DNA from: Massilicoli timonensis
GTDB taxonomy: Bacteria > Bacillota_I > Bacilli_A > Erysipelotrichales > Erysipelotrichaceae
NCBI RefSeq assembly: GCF_900199515.1
Contig: NZ_LT963434.1
Span: 234,057-266,056, forward strand
Direction: 5' to 3'
DNA length: 32,000 nucleotides
Made by a program: the position numbers and the translations under genes. Shown one piece after another: positions 17,108 through 25,763 of the stretch; the first letter of the stretch is position 1, and every line of letters begins with the position of its first letter. Under the pieces are notes generated by a model. That model had not been told where the DNA came from, did no database searches, and worked only from the letters and a program-made list of their open reading frames with translations.

Positions 17108-18889
17108 TCACTTGTCTTGCCGCCATTCTCTCATTCCTCCCTTTTTCCGAATCAGAGCATTTTTTTCATCGCCGAGCTTCGCTTTTACCGCTGCATCGCT
17201 CACATTGGCGATTTCCTCGTTTAATTTACGGATCTGCTCATCCAGCAGCAGCATCCGGATCCGGTTCAGCGCATCTGACAACAATGCACTGTCATAGCTT
17301 TCCCGTGCCAGTTCCCATTCCGATATTTCTAGCAGCAGTTTTTTCACCTGCTCCTCTTTGATCACATCTAACAGCGCTGCCACATCCATCTCCGCATGAT
17401 TGCGGTAGAAATCCATGATATAGTATGCGAGCTTTTTGCACGCATCATCAATCAAAAAACCTAACTCATCACGAAAACGATTGCTGGCGCTTTTCGACAC
17501 GAGCATCTGCGATAAGATGGTGTACTGGGCGCTGGTCGCTCCGTCCTTTGGTCTTGCTAAAAAGGCATTTCTGACGCTTTTTTCATTTTTCATAAACCGC
17601 TTTGGTGCAGACTTGCTTTCCACACTGCTTCGCATATCAAAGCCGGTAATTTCCTGTAAGCGCACAAAGGCACTTTGTCTTTCAAATTCATTTGGCAAAA
17701 GCGCGATCTGTTCGGCAAGCTCTAATGCGAACTCTTTGCGCTGGGAATAATTCTCCAAGTTATATGTCTGACTTAAGTAAGTAAATAGAAACTCTACCCA
17801 GGAAATCGTCTTTTCACTCATTTTCAGCAGCTCTTCTTTTCCATAAGCCGCAATGATCTCATCCGGATCTAGCCCCAGCTGATTATCGACGATTTCAAAA
17901 GGGAGCTGATTGGCAAGCGCCAATTTTCCGAATTTATAGGTTGCCTGTCGGCCGGCACGATCGCCATCGTAACAAACGATGATCGTCGATCGCAGCAACT
18001 TCATTGCCTTGATCTGTTCTTTGGTGCAGGCAGTTCCCAGTGTTGCGATCGCACTGTGAATACCGACCTTCGCAAAAGCGATCACATCCATCGCGCCTTC
18101 TGTGAGAAAGACGCGTTTTCGCTCCCGCAGCGCGGCTTTGGCACGATGATAATTAAAGATCAGCTGTCCTTTTTCATAGATCGAAGTCTGAGCGGTATTG
18201 ATATATTTCGCTTCATTTCCCTGCTTTGTAGTACGGGCGGTAAAGCCGACCGGATTTCCATAAGCGTCATGGATCGGGATCATGATGCGATCACTGAATA
18301 TATCGTGGATGCCGTTGGCGCCGACCGCGCACACCCCGGCCGCAATCAGATTTTCATCACTGTGCTTTTTCGCATGCAGAAACTTATATAAAGCATTGCC
18401 TTCCGGATGATAACCGATCTCAAACAGTTTGATGATCTCATCGCTGACACCGCGCTGATACAAATATTGTTTGATCGATGCGGCGCTCGACGTGCTTAAC
18501 TGGTATTGCGTAAACTCGATCGTATCCTGATTCACCTTATAAAGCGGCGTTTTTTTCGGATCAGCTTCCACCCGTTGATTTTGTCTTAAGATCGATTCAT
18601 CCAGTGGTATGCCAGTGTATTGTGCAACCTTATACACCGCCTCTAAGAAAGAGATCTGTTCATATTTCTGCACAAAGGTAAAAACATTTCCGCCCGTTCC
18701 ACAGACAAAGCATTTGAAGATCTGCTTATCAGGGGAAATCGTCAAAGAAGGATCGTGGTCATCATGAAAAGGACAAGTACAGACATAATTCTTGCCCTTT
18801 CGCGTCAATGGCACATAATGAGAAATAATATCTACAATATCTGCACGAGCGCGGATCTCATTGATCTGATCTTCACTCAATCGTGCCAC
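17108..18889 (-). CDS. dnaG: DNA primase DnaG
   Basis: Zinc ribbon [40 protein letters not shown] region ([23 protein letters not shown]). GTG start with GAAGGTGG SD. Lies upstream of sigA, as in the conserved dnaG-sigA operon. Confidence 0.95.
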   Translation of the reverse strand: MARLSEDQINEIRARADIVDIISHYVPLTRKGKNYVCTCPFHDDHDPSLTISPDKQIFKCFVCGTGGNVFTFVQKYEQISFLEAVYKVAQYTGIPLDESILRQNQRVEADPKKTPLYKVNQDTIEFTQYQLSTSSAASIKQYLYQRGVSDEIIKLFEIGYHPEGNALYKFLHAKKHSDENLIAAGVCAVGANGIHDIFSDRIMIPIHDAYGNPVGFTARTTKQGNEAKYINTAQTSIYEKGQLIFNYHRAKAALRERKRVFLTEGAMDVIAFAKVGIHSAIATLGTACTKEQIKAMKLLRSTIIVCYDGDRAGRQATYKFGKLALANQLPFEIVDNQLGLDPDEIIAAYGKEELLKMSEKTISWVEFLFTYLSQTYNLENYSQRKEFALELAEQIALLPNEFERQSAFVRLQEITGFDMRSSVESKSAPKRFMKNEKSVRNAFLARPKDGATSAQYTILSQMLVSKSASNRFRDELGFLIDDACKKLAYYIMDFYRNHAEMDVAALLDVIKEEQVKKLLLEISEWELARESYDSALLSDALNRIRMLLLDEQIRKLNEEIANVSDAAVKAKLGDEKNALIRKKGGMREWRQDK

Positions 18890-18918
18890 AAAACCACCTT
18901 CTTTTGTTCATTTCATAA

Positions 18919-20292
18919 TTAAAATGCGATCTTTGCTTCTAAATAAGACTTTAATTCTGTCAAAGGAATACGCTCCTGCTTCATGCTGTCGCGTTCTCTT
19001 ACGGTAACACAGCCATCCTTTTCCGTTTCAAAATCAACGGTTACACAGAACGGTGTGCCGATCGCGTCTTGCCGGCGATAGCGTTTTCCGATATTCTGCG
19101 TTTCATCGAATTCACAGTTGCCGATGCCGCTGATCAAATGAAATACTTCCATCGCTTTCTCGGAGAGCTGTTTCGATAACGGCAGCACCGCTGCTTTTAC
19201 CGGTGCCAGCGCCGGATGCAGATGCAGGACGATACGTGTATCCTTTTCCAGCTGTTCCTCCTCATAAGCATCGCATAAAAAGGCTAAAAACAGTCGTTCC
19301 ACCCCAACGCTTGGTTCAATGCAGTACGGTAAAAACGATTCATTGGTAAGCGGATCACGGTATTCCAGATTCTGCTTGCTGGTTTCCTGATGACAGCGCA
19401 AATCAAAATCCGTACGGTCCGCAATGCCCCAGATCTCACCCCAGCCAAAAGAGAACAGATATTCAATATCGCTTGTGCCGGTGGAATAATGAGAAAGTTC
19501 TTCCTTGTCATGCTCTCGTAAACGCAAATGCGCTTCCTTGATTCCCAAGGCAATCAAAAATTCCTTGCAATAGTTCTTATAATATTCATACCATTTCATA
19601 TCTTCACCGGGACGGGTAAAAAATTCCAGTTCCATCTGTTCAAATTCACGGGTACGGAAAATAAAGTTCCCCGGTGTGATCTCATTGCGGAAGCTCTTGC
19701 CGATCTGTCCGATTCCAAAAGGCAGTTTACGGCGCGTGGTACGCTGCACATTCTTAAAATTCACGAAGATGCCCTGTGCGGTTTCCGGACGCAGATAAAT
19801 CGCATTTTTCGCATCCTCCACTACGCCCTGAAACGTCTTGAACATTAAATTGAACTGACGAATATCGGTAAAATCATGACTGCCGCAGTCAGGACAGGCA
19901 ATCTTATGAGAAACGATATAATCCATCATCTTTTCATTCGACCAGCCGCCGGGATTCACTTCGCCGTTTGAAAAATCCTCAATCAGTTTATCGGCACGAT
20001 GTCTGGTTTTGCAGTTTTTACAATCCATAAGCGGATCGGAAAAATTGCCGACATGCCCGCTTGCGACCCAAACCTGCGGATTCATCAAGATTGCCGACTG
20101 TAAACCGACATTATAAGGACTTTCCTGAATAAATTTCTTCCACCATACTTTTTTGATATTGTCCTTCAGTTCAACGCCCAGCGGACCAAAGTCCCAAGTG
20201 TTGGAAAGCCCGCCATAGATCTCTGATCCCTGGTAGACAAAGCCACTGTTTTTACAATGTGAAACAACGGTTTCAAAACTCTTCTCATTCAT
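18919..20292 (-). CDS. glyQS: glycine--tRNA ligase, single-chain alpha2 (GlyQS) type
   Basis: 457 aa class II aaRS. N-terminal [30 protein letters not shown], motif 2 [25 protein letters not shown], and a C-terminal anticodon-binding domain. Confidence 0.95.
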   Translation of the reverse strand: MNEKSFETVVSHCKNSGFVYQGSEIYGGLSNTWDFGPLGVELKDNIKKVWWKKFIQESPYNVGLQSAILMNPQVWVASGHVGNFSDPLMDCKNCKTRHRADKLIEDFSNGEVNPGGWSNEKMMDYIVSHKIACPDCGSHDFTDIRQFNLMFKTFQGVVEDAKNAIYLRPETAQGIFVNFKNVQRTTRRKLPFGIGQIGKSFRNEITPGNFIFRTREFEQMELEFFTRPGEDMKWYEYYKNYCKEFLIALGIKEAHLRLREHDKEELSHYSTGTSDIEYLFSFGWGEIWGIADRTDFDLRCHQETSKQNLEYRDPLTNESFLPYCIEPSVGVERLFLAFLCDAYEEEQLEKDTRIVLHLHPALAPVKAAVLPLSKQLSEKAMEVFHLISGIGNCEFDETQNIGKRYRRQDAIGTPFCVTVDFETEKDGCVTVRERDSMKQERIPLTELKSYLEAKIAF

Positions 20293-20364
20293 GCAATTAC
20301 TCTTCCCTTTCCTTGTTTTATCTATCTTACGTTTCGCTATTTTTTATACAAAAACTCAAACTAT

Positions 20365-20394
20365 TATATATCACAAAGCCTTTGCCGTTGTCAA
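20365..20394 (-). promoter_or_regulatory. near-consensus sigma-A promoter close to glyQS
   Basis: Minus strand reads TTGACA (20394-20389), 18 nt spacer ending in TGa, then TATATA(AT) (20370-20365/20363), about 70 nt upstream of the glyQS ATG. Confidence 0.5.
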
Positions 20395-20450
20395 TATCCT
20401 TTCCTGCATTCCCTATCTGCTCAGCACCTGTTTTCATCTTTATCATTTCC

Positions 20451-20672
20451 TTCCTCTACTGATCTATTTTCTTATATAACAGACCTTCTGCTAATAAAAG
20501 CAAGCGTCTGTCAAAACGATCAGTGCACGGCATCCAGAGGAACTGAGCCAAACATCCGGCAGTGTCGGTCCAAGCAACAAATTGAACAGACTAGCTGTGT
20601 TGCTCAATACATCGAGATAAGAAATGATCATGCGCACTAGTATGAAGTAATCTAATGGACCTTCCGATTCCA
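20451..20672 (-). promoter_or_regulatory. structured ORF-free leader upstream of glyQS, partial T-box-like features (unclassified)
   Basis: Minus strand has hairpin GAGCAACA/UGUUGCUU (20605-20598/20579-20572). CUCUGGAUGCCGUGC (20540-20526) contains UGGA and is flanked by long-range helices UUCCUCU/AGAGGAA and ACUGAUC/GAUCAGU. No canonical Stem I boxes or U-tract terminator were recognised. Confidence 0.3.
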
Positions 20673-20678
20673 TTTATT

Positions 20679-20707
20679 ATTCTCAACTGATACCAAAGCT
20701 TTGACAA
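20679..20707 (-). promoter_or_regulatory. weak candidate promoter for the long glyQS leader
   Basis: Minus strand reads TTGTCA (20707-20702), 17 nt spacer, GAGAAT (20684-20679), directly after the recO terminator. Confidence 0.3.
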
Positions 20708-20711
20708 CTTC

Positions 20712-20740
20712 AAAAAAGATTTCCCTTTATCGGAAATCTT
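20712..20740 (-). terminator. intrinsic terminator of the ybeY-...-era-recO transcription unit
   Basis: Minus strand reads AAGAUUUCC-gauaaag-GGAAAUCUU followed by UUUUG. It begins at the base after the recO stop codon, with a perfect 9-bp stem. Confidence 0.85.
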
Positions 20741-21463
20741 TCAATCCAGTGCCGCGATTTTTTCAAGCAGCTCCACGCTGTTAAACTGTAAGAAGCCATA
20801 GCGAGTAAGAAAGGCAAGCTGACGTTCCAGATCCTGTAAATTCCAGTCTCCATGACTTTCTAACAGCGCATAGTGCGTATAGTCCGCTTTTTGCAGCAAG
20901 CGAAACTTGCGCAGCTCCTCCACTGTCAATACAGCCTCTTGAACCCGCATACATTCTCTGCATACAAAACCGCCATGTTCTACGGAAATGCCGCTTACCT
21001 GCTTTGATCCACACTTTACACAGCCATCGACATAAGGATCAATTCCCTGCAAATGCGTAAGCTGTGCAGCAAAAAGAGCAGCTGCCGCATAAGGCTTCGT
21101 ACTATCTTCCAAAAGATCAAGCGCGTACTTCAAGTGTTCAAACAGTTCTCCCTCTTTTAGCTGCAAAACCGCTTCCAGAAAGAACAAAGCGATCGCCTGC
21201 TTGCACAGATCCTCTCTGATCTTACGGTAATAGGTAAGCATTTGAACACTTCTGAGCGTATAGATCGTCGCATATTCATTTTTCGCATGACAGATACAGG
21301 AAACATAGGCGAATAACTGACAAAGCGGCGCCTGTTTGCTCTTCATCCGGCGGTGTCCTTTGCCGACAACACTATAGATCCCTTCCTCGCTCATGATTTG
21401 CATCAAGGTATCATACTCGCGATAATCCTTGATCGATAAAATAATGCCCTTGATTTCTTTCAT
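20741..21463 (-). CDS. recO: DNA repair protein RecO
   Basis: 240 aa with an N-terminal OB-fold-like region (GIILSIKDYREYD) and central zinc motif CVKCG...CRECM. Lies immediately downstream of era, as in B. subtilis. Confidence 0.9.
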   Translation of the reverse strand: MKEIKGIILSIKDYREYDTLMQIMSEEGIYSVVGKGHRRMKSKQAPLCQLFAYVSCICHAKNEYATIYTLRSVQMLTYYRKIREDLCKQAIALFFLEAVLQLKEGELFEHLKYALDLLEDSTKPYAAAALFAAQLTHLQGIDPYVDGCVKCGSKQVSGISVEHGGFVCRECMRVQEAVLTVEELRKFRLLQKADYTHYALLESHGDWNLQDLERQLAFLTRYGFLQFNSVELLEKIAALD

Positions 21464-21466
21464 GGT

Positions 21467-22351
21467 CTATTCTTCTAACGCATAGCCGAACTGATGCAGC
21501 TTGCTTTGCCGGTTGCGCCAGTTTTTCTCTACCCGCACATAAAGGGATAAATGACATTTTTTGCCATAAAGCGCCTTCAGTTCTTTCTGTGCGAGCAAAC
21601 GGATCGACTTGATCATCGCCGCCTGCTTCCCGATCAAAATCGCTTTCTGAGAATCACGTTCGACGATGACCAGCGCATCGATCTCCACTTCCTTTTCCTC
21701 CTCATGCAATCGCTCTACGACGACAGCAATCGAATGGGGCACTTCCTCCATCGTTTTCAACAAGACCTTTTCACGAATGATCTCCTGCGTCTGAAAGGTT
21801 TTGCCATGGTCGCTGACCATATCTTTTGGATAAAGCAGCATGCCTTCACTTAAATAAGGTTCGCTTGTTTTCAGCAATTCTTCGATATTTTCTTCTTTTT
21901 TGGCAGAAAGCGGAATGATCTGTTCAAAGGAAAAACGTTTTTCCCATGAGGCAAGATGCTGCAGCAGTTCTTCTTTTTTCAACAGATCGATCTTATTTAA
22001 CAGCAAAAAACAAGGCGTCTGATACTGCTTTAAGCGTTCTAACAGAAAAGCATCCCCGCTGCCGTATGGCTTGCTGGCATCGACGATCAAATAAATCAGA
22101 TCGACATCCTGCAAAGAAAGATAAGCGCTTTTATTCAGGGTGCGCCCCAGTTCATGGTGTGGTTTATGAATGCCCGGCGTATCGATAAAGACAAACTGAC
22201 AGGTGTCGGTCGTATAAATGCCTTGGATATTGTTGCGCGTCGTCTGCGGTTTGTCGGATATGATCGAAACCTTTTCCTTTAAGATCGCATTCAATAAAGT
22301 GCTCTTGCCGGCATTCGGTCTGCCGATGATGGCAATCATCCCGCTGCGCAT
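21467..22351 (-). CDS. era: GTPase Era
   Basis: G1 GRPNAGKSTLLN, G2/G3 DTPG, G4 NKID, and a C-terminal KH domain (VERDSQKAILIGKQAAMIKSI). Start trimmed to ATG 22351 (MRSGMIAIIG), which overlaps the cdd stop by 1 nt. The ORF extension to 22489 lies inside cdd. Confidence 0.95.
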   Translation of the reverse strand: MRSGMIAIIGRPNAGKSTLLNAILKEKVSIISDKPQTTRNNIQGIYTTDTCQFVFIDTPGIHKPHHELGRTLNKSAYLSLQDVDLIYLIVDASKPYGSGDAFLLERLKQYQTPCFLLLNKIDLLKKEELLQHLASWEKRFSFEQIIPLSAKKEENIEELLKTSEPYLSEGMLLYPKDMVSDHGKTFQTQEIIREKVLLKTMEEVPHSIAVVVERLHEEEKEVEIDALVIVERDSQKAILIGKQAAMIKSIRLLAQKELKALYGKKCHLSLYVRVEKNWRNRQSKLHQFGYALEE

Positions 22352-22749
22352 CACAACACGTCCTTTTCCGTAAATGACATCGGCAACAGCTCCTTGATCG
22401 TGGTCGATACTTCTTCTTTGCCGTTGCTTAAATAGATCGGCGTATCCTCTTCCATCAGCTCCACGATCACCTGTCTGCACGCACCGCATGGCGCCGCCAA
22501 ATATGCGCCTTCGCTTACGATCGCCAGCGCCTTGATATCCTGCTTGCGATATCCTGCGGAGTAAGCCGCAAACAAAGCGCTTCGCTCTGCACAGTTCGTT
22601 AATCCAAACGAAGCATTTTCAATATTGGCGCCCTTTACGATCACGCCGTCACGCAGCAGCACACACGCCCCGACACGATAGTGTGAGTAAGGAACATAAG
22701 CATGTTCCATCGCTTCAAACGCATGTTGCAATAACTCTTCTTTTGTCAT
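22351..22749 (-). CDS. cdd: cytidine deaminase
   Basis: 132 aa. Zinc motifs CAERSA and PCGACRQ. N-terminal AYVPYSHYRVGA. Confidence 0.95.
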   Translation of the reverse strand: MTKEELLQHAFEAMEHAYVPYSHYRVGACVLLRDGVIVKGANIENASFGLTNCAERSALFAAYSAGYRKQDIKALAIVSEGAYLAAPCGACRQVIVELMEEDTPIYLSNGKEEVSTTIKELLPMSFTEKDVL

Positions 22750-23117
22750 ATGATCTTTCCTCCTAATATGATCACAAAGATCCCGGCGGCCGCCAAGGAA
22801 ACAAATAAGACCGCACCGGCCATCAGATCTTTGATCGTCTTGACCCGCTCATCATAATGCGGGCATATCAAATCAACACATTTTTCAATGACACTGTTCA
22901 CAAACTCTAAGGCGATGACAAGCGTGCACAATAACAGAACGATCCCCCATTCCCACCGTGCAAGGGGAAGAAACAAACAGAAAAGGATGACCAAAGCGGC
23001 GATAAAGCATTGCAGCTTTACACTGCGATCTTCTAAGATTCCTTTTTTCAAGCCCACAAACGCATAAGCGAATTTATCTTTTAATGATCGCATCGATGAT
23101 CTGCTCCTGTAAAGCAA
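22746..23117 (-). CDS. dgkA: diacylglycerol/undecaprenol kinase DgkA family membrane protein (start 23117 or 23093)
   Basis: 123 aa with three TM spans. Conserved FAYAFxG, E-x-x-N-S-x-I-E-x-x-V-D (EFVNSVIEKCVD) and KDLMAGAVL. Overlaps cdd by 4 nt and the ybeY 3' end. Confidence 0.85.
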   Translation of the reverse strand: MLYRSRSSMRSLKDKFAYAFVGLKKGILEDRSVKLQCFIAALVILFCLFLPLARWEWGIVLLLCTLVIALEFVNSVIEKCVDLICPHYDERVKTIKDLMAGAVLFVSLAAAGIFVIILGGKII

Positions 23118-23529
23118 ACATTTCCCGTTCCTGTTCTTCGCTCATATGGTCATACCCGCATAGGTGCAGCAAGCCATGCGTAAATAAAAAGCCAAATTCC
23201 CGCTCTTCACTGTGTCCATAAGCTTCTGCCTGCCGTTTCAGCGCATCGACATTGATAAAGATATCCCCCAGTTCCCTTTCTCCTTCCATCATCTCATAAT
23301 CGTCTTCCTGATCTTTTAATGCGAAGGAAATCACGTCGGTCGGCTTGTCGATCTTGCGATAGGAGCGATTGATCGTACGAATCTGTTCATCATCGACGAT
23401 CACCAAAGAAACCAAATAAGATTCTTCCAGTCGCAATACCTGTTCACAGCGTGCCATGATCGCTTCTAAAAGCGGCAGCTGTTTTTCCCATGCAGCATCC
23501 TCTAATTGATTGATCAGTGTCAGTTCCAT
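23074..23529 (-). CDS. ybeY: rRNA maturation endoribonuclease YbeY
   Basis: Metal-binding THGLLHLCGYDH motif. Start set to ATG 23529 (AAGGAG 8 nt upstream); the ORF track starts at GTG 23538. Confidence 0.95.
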   Translation of the reverse strand: MELTLINQLEDAAWEKQLPLLEAIMARCEQVLRLEESYLVSLVIVDDEQIRTINRSYRKIDKPTDVISFALKDQEDDYEMMEGERELGDIFINVDALKRQAEAYGHSEEREFGFLFTHGLLHLCGYDHMSEEQEREMFALQEQIIDAIIKR

Positions 23530-23555
23530 ATTGTCCACTCCTTAAATCCTACTCA

Positions 23556-23584
23556 ATTATACTATATCTTTCAAAATAGGTAAA
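23556..23584 (-). promoter_or_regulatory. candidate sigma-A promoter for ybeY-dgkA-cdd-era-recO
   Basis: Minus strand reads TTTACC (23584-23579), 17 nt spacer, TATAAT (23561-23556), between the phoH terminator and the ybeY SD. Confidence 0.5.
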
Positions 23585-23586
23585 AC

Positions 23587-23614
23587 AAAAAAGGCAAGGC
23601 TCAGCGCTTTGCCT
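23587..23614 (-). terminator. probable terminator/attenuating hairpin after phoH
   Basis: Minus strand reads AGGCAA-agcgcugagcc-UUGCCU followed by UUUUUUG. The hairpin spans the phoH stop codon. Confidence 0.5.
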
Positions 23615-24566
23615 CATCTTCTTCATAGCGGGTAATAATCTTTTGCACCAATGGATGCCTTACGATATCAAGGACGCCCAGTTCCACGAACCCGATGCCC
23701 TCGATTCCTTTCAATAAGCGCATCGCATGAATCAAACCGCTGTCTTTCTTCGAAATCAGATCGATCTGGCTGACATCGCCGGTAATGACGATTTTGGATT
23801 GAAAGCCCATTCTGGTCAAAAACATCTTCATCTGTGAACGCGTCGTATTCTGTGCTTCATCTAAGATGATAAACGCATGATCCAGCGTTCTGCCACGCAT
23901 ATAGGCAAGCGGCGCGATCTCGATGATTTCTTTCTCCATCAGTTTTTCAACGCCCTCTTTCCCTAAAACATCGTAAAGCGCATCGTAGAGCGGACGCAGG
24001 TATGGATCTACTTTTTCTTTCAGATCACCCGGCAAAAAACCTAGATTTTCCCCTGCTTCCACTGCCGGACGGGTCAAGATGATCTTGTCGATCTCACCTT
24101 TTTTTAACAGGGTCGCCGCATAGACGACTGCCAGATACGTTTTCCCGGTTCCCGCAACCCCGCTCGCAAACACGATCTGATCCTTCTCCATATGCGCGCA
24201 TAAGATCCGCTGTCCTAATGTTTTCGGATAGATCCACTTACCTTGCAGCGTTTTGCCGATCGCTTTGTGATAGGTCGTGTGAAGGCGCGACAGTTTGCCC
24301 GCCTGCTGTAAATGGATCGCATACATGACATCTTGCTCATTGATTTCTATGCCGCTGGCAAGCATCTGATTCAACGCGTCAAACAACGCACAGATCGCCT
24401 TTCCCTCACCATGGTCATCACTGATGATGAATAAATTATCACGCATCGTGATCGCGGCGTCAAAGCCTTTGCGGATCAGCTCCAGATAAGCGTCATGCGG
24501 TCCGCACAGCGCCAACAAATGATCGATCGTATAATCGTCTAAGCGGTAAGTCAGGTGTTTTTCCAT
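23601..24566 (-). CDS. phoH: PhoH-like ATPase (PhoH/YbeZ family)
   Basis: Walker A GVAGTGKTYLAV, Walker B FIILDEAQN, and ITGDVSQIDL. 321 aa. GAAGGAG SD. Confidence 0.9.
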   Translation of the reverse strand: MEKHLTYRLDDYTIDHLLALCGPHDAYLELIRKGFDAAITMRDNLFIISDDHGEGKAICALFDALNQMLASGIEINEQDVMYAIHLQQAGKLSRLHTTYHKAIGKTLQGKWIYPKTLGQRILCAHMEKDQIVFASGVAGTGKTYLAVVYAATLLKKGEIDKIILTRPAVEAGENLGFLPGDLKEKVDPYLRPLYDALYDVLGKEGVEKLMEKEIIEIAPLAYMRGRTLDHAFIILDEAQNTTRSQMKMFLTRMGFQSKIVITGDVSQIDLISKKDSGLIHAMRLLKGIEGIGFVELGVLDIVRHPLVQKIITRYEEDEAKR

Positions 24567-24581
24567 TGCATTCTCCTTCTG

Positions 24582-25493
24582 CTAACGCGGTGTCGAAATG
24601 TCTTGATAACAAGTATAGAGCACCGTCATCGTTATTGTACCCCCTTCTTTTTGAAATTGCAAAATATTTTCATCTTCGATGCGATCATCACGCAGAAAGT
24701 GCTTGGAAACTTCATTGCGGGCACGAAACAGCAATCGATAAAACTGCAAAGGCTTGGGGGCCGCATCCTCTTTCATCGTAACCGTTACTTCTTCAAAGGT
24801 ATAAGCGAATACGGTTCCTTCTACATAGATTTGTTCATTTTTACCATTGCTGTTGATCAATACATTTTCGACCAGCACATCGCCTTTTTTCACAAAATCA
24901 TTGATATGCACTGCTTTTTCTCCATGCTGTAAAGCGAAAAAAGCGATCACGCCATCCCTTTGCGCGATCAGCCGATCGGCAGCGGGCGTATGGATCTGCG
25001 CATGGTCCTTTGCCGTATAGGAGATCTGTAAGCGGCTGCCGCTGCGGCGTACCTCAAGCCAGTTTAATTGATCCTTGAATTGTTCTTTCAGCTTGTTTTG
25101 CAGCTGTTCCTCATCTAAACGAAAGCGAGGCAGTGTGATCTGTTCCTCTAAATATGACTGTATCGCTTCCCGCATTCTTATCTCACCGTCCAGCGTGATC
25201 GCAAAGGTCGTCTGCGATAATAGATACCAAAGCGCCGCACACAAAATGATCGCTAACAGCCGATTGGGACGAAACAAGATCGATCGCAGCAGTTTCCATG
25301 TCTTGATCGCTTCAACACTGGCGTTTGGAAAGCAGGCGGCGATACGGGCATGCTGAAATAAAGACGCATGGAAAATGATCGTATGTTCCTGAAAAGACAG
25401 CTCACTGATCGCTAGACGCTGCGCTTTGACCGTTTGAAAAAAAGCCGTCTTTGTCGCTTTCACCTGCCACTTTTCCATCAGCAGTTTATTCAT
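24582..25493 (-). CDS. yqfD: sporulation protein YqfD-like (stage IV sporulation family)
   Basis: 303 aa with a central TM span (LLAIILCAALWYLL). The C-terminal part, LIAQRDGVIAFFALQHGEKAVHINDFVKKGDVLVE...VEGTVFAYTFEEVTV, aligns by eye with the B. subtilis YqfD IVAKKxGxI...G.P.V..GD.V.KGQ.LVSG region. Position between yqfC and phoH matches B. subtilis. It is shorter than B. subtilis YqfD. Confidence 0.7.
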   Translation of the reverse strand: MNKLLMEKWQVKATKTAFFQTVKAQRLAISELSFQEHTIIFHASLFQHARIAACFPNASVEAIKTWKLLRSILFRPNRLLAIILCAALWYLLSQTTFAITLDGEIRMREAIQSYLEEQITLPRFRLDEEQLQNKLKEQFKDQLNWLEVRRSGSRLQISYTAKDHAQIHTPAADRLIAQRDGVIAFFALQHGEKAVHINDFVKKGDVLVENVLINSNGKNEQIYVEGTVFAYTFEEVTVTMKEDAAPKPLQFYRLLFRARNEVSKHFLRDDRIEDENILQFQKEGGTITMTVLYTCYQDISTPR

Positions 25494-25689
25494 CGCTCAG
25501 CTCGACCTTTCTAAACTCGCCCTTGATCCAGATTTCCTCCTCATCCATTGCACTCAAGGAAAGCCGCTTTCCTTCGATACACAACCGGCGCTGTTTCATC
25601 TGTATCAGGATCTGCTCTTCATTTACCGATATAAGCTGCGTATAAGGATATACGCGCATTTGATTGGTATTGATCTGGATCAAGAACAT
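25486..25689 (-). CDS. yqfC: YqfC/YabP-family sporulation protein
   Basis: About 67 aa. LCIEGKRLSLSAMDEEEIWIKGEFRKVEL resembles the YabP/YqfC C-terminal pattern (IxGxxLxIxxLxxEEIxIxGxI). Overlaps the yqfD start by 8 nt. ATG at 25689 (ORF track GTG 25692). Confidence 0.65.
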   Translation of the reverse strand: MFLIQINTNQMRVYPYTQLISVNEEQILIQMKQRRLCIEGKRLSLSAMDEEEIWIKGEFRKVELSDE

Positions 25690-25700
25690 CACCTCGCTTC

Positions 25701-25729
25701 AGTGTATGCGCCGCTGATCCAAAAAATGA
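25701..25729 (-). promoter_or_regulatory. candidate sigma-E-type (mother-cell) promoter for yqfC-yqfD
   Basis: Minus strand reads TCATTTT (25729-25723), 14 nt spacer, CATACACT (25708-25701). From memory, the B. subtilis sigma-E consensus is about kmATATT -14- CATACA-T. Confidence 0.3.
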
Positions 25730-25758
25730 AAGCAGTCCTTCGCTTTTGAAAGACTGCT
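25721..25758 (-). terminator. terminator after the AlaX-L gene (hairpin also followed by a T run on the plus strand)
   Basis: Minus strand reads AGCAGUCUUU-caaaagcg-AAGGACUGCU followed by UUCAUUUUUU. It begins 6 nt after the AlaX-L stop codon. Confidence 0.7.
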
Positions 25759-25763
25759 GTTTT

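Noticed and set aside
20327-20446. A 39-aa minus-strand ORF ([39 protein letters not shown]) preceded by the SD-like AGAGGAAGGAA.
   Set aside because: The spacing from the purine run to the ATG is very short. The ORF runs straight through the near-consensus glyQS promoter. The SD-like run is better explained as the 3' strand of the long-range helix. It is mentioned only as something ribosome profiling could test.
20651-20664. GGAAGGUCCAUUAG on the minus strand resembles the RNase P RNA CR-I box (GAGGAAAGUCCAUGCU).
   Set aside because: None of the other RNase P conserved regions (for example the ACAGAA..GGCUUA P4 3' strand) is present, and the available ~250 nt is too short. This is a coincidental match.
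20491-20673. A 60-aa minus-strand ORF (MESEGPLDYF...) inside the glyQS upstream region.
   Set aside because: There is no Shine-Dalgarno sequence before its ATG, its composition is unremarkable, and it coincides with the paired RNA segments. It is more likely non-coding leader.
22352-22489. N-terminal extensions offered by the ORF track: era to 22489, sufU to 31976, the alpha/beta hydrolase to 12637, the transposase from 13669, sigA to 17126 and the PBP to 6939.
   Set aside because: The extensions overlap neighbouring genes or promoters and lack SD sequences. Internal ATGs with good SDs coincide with the conserved protein N-termini (for example MRSGMIAIIGRPNAGKS for Era).
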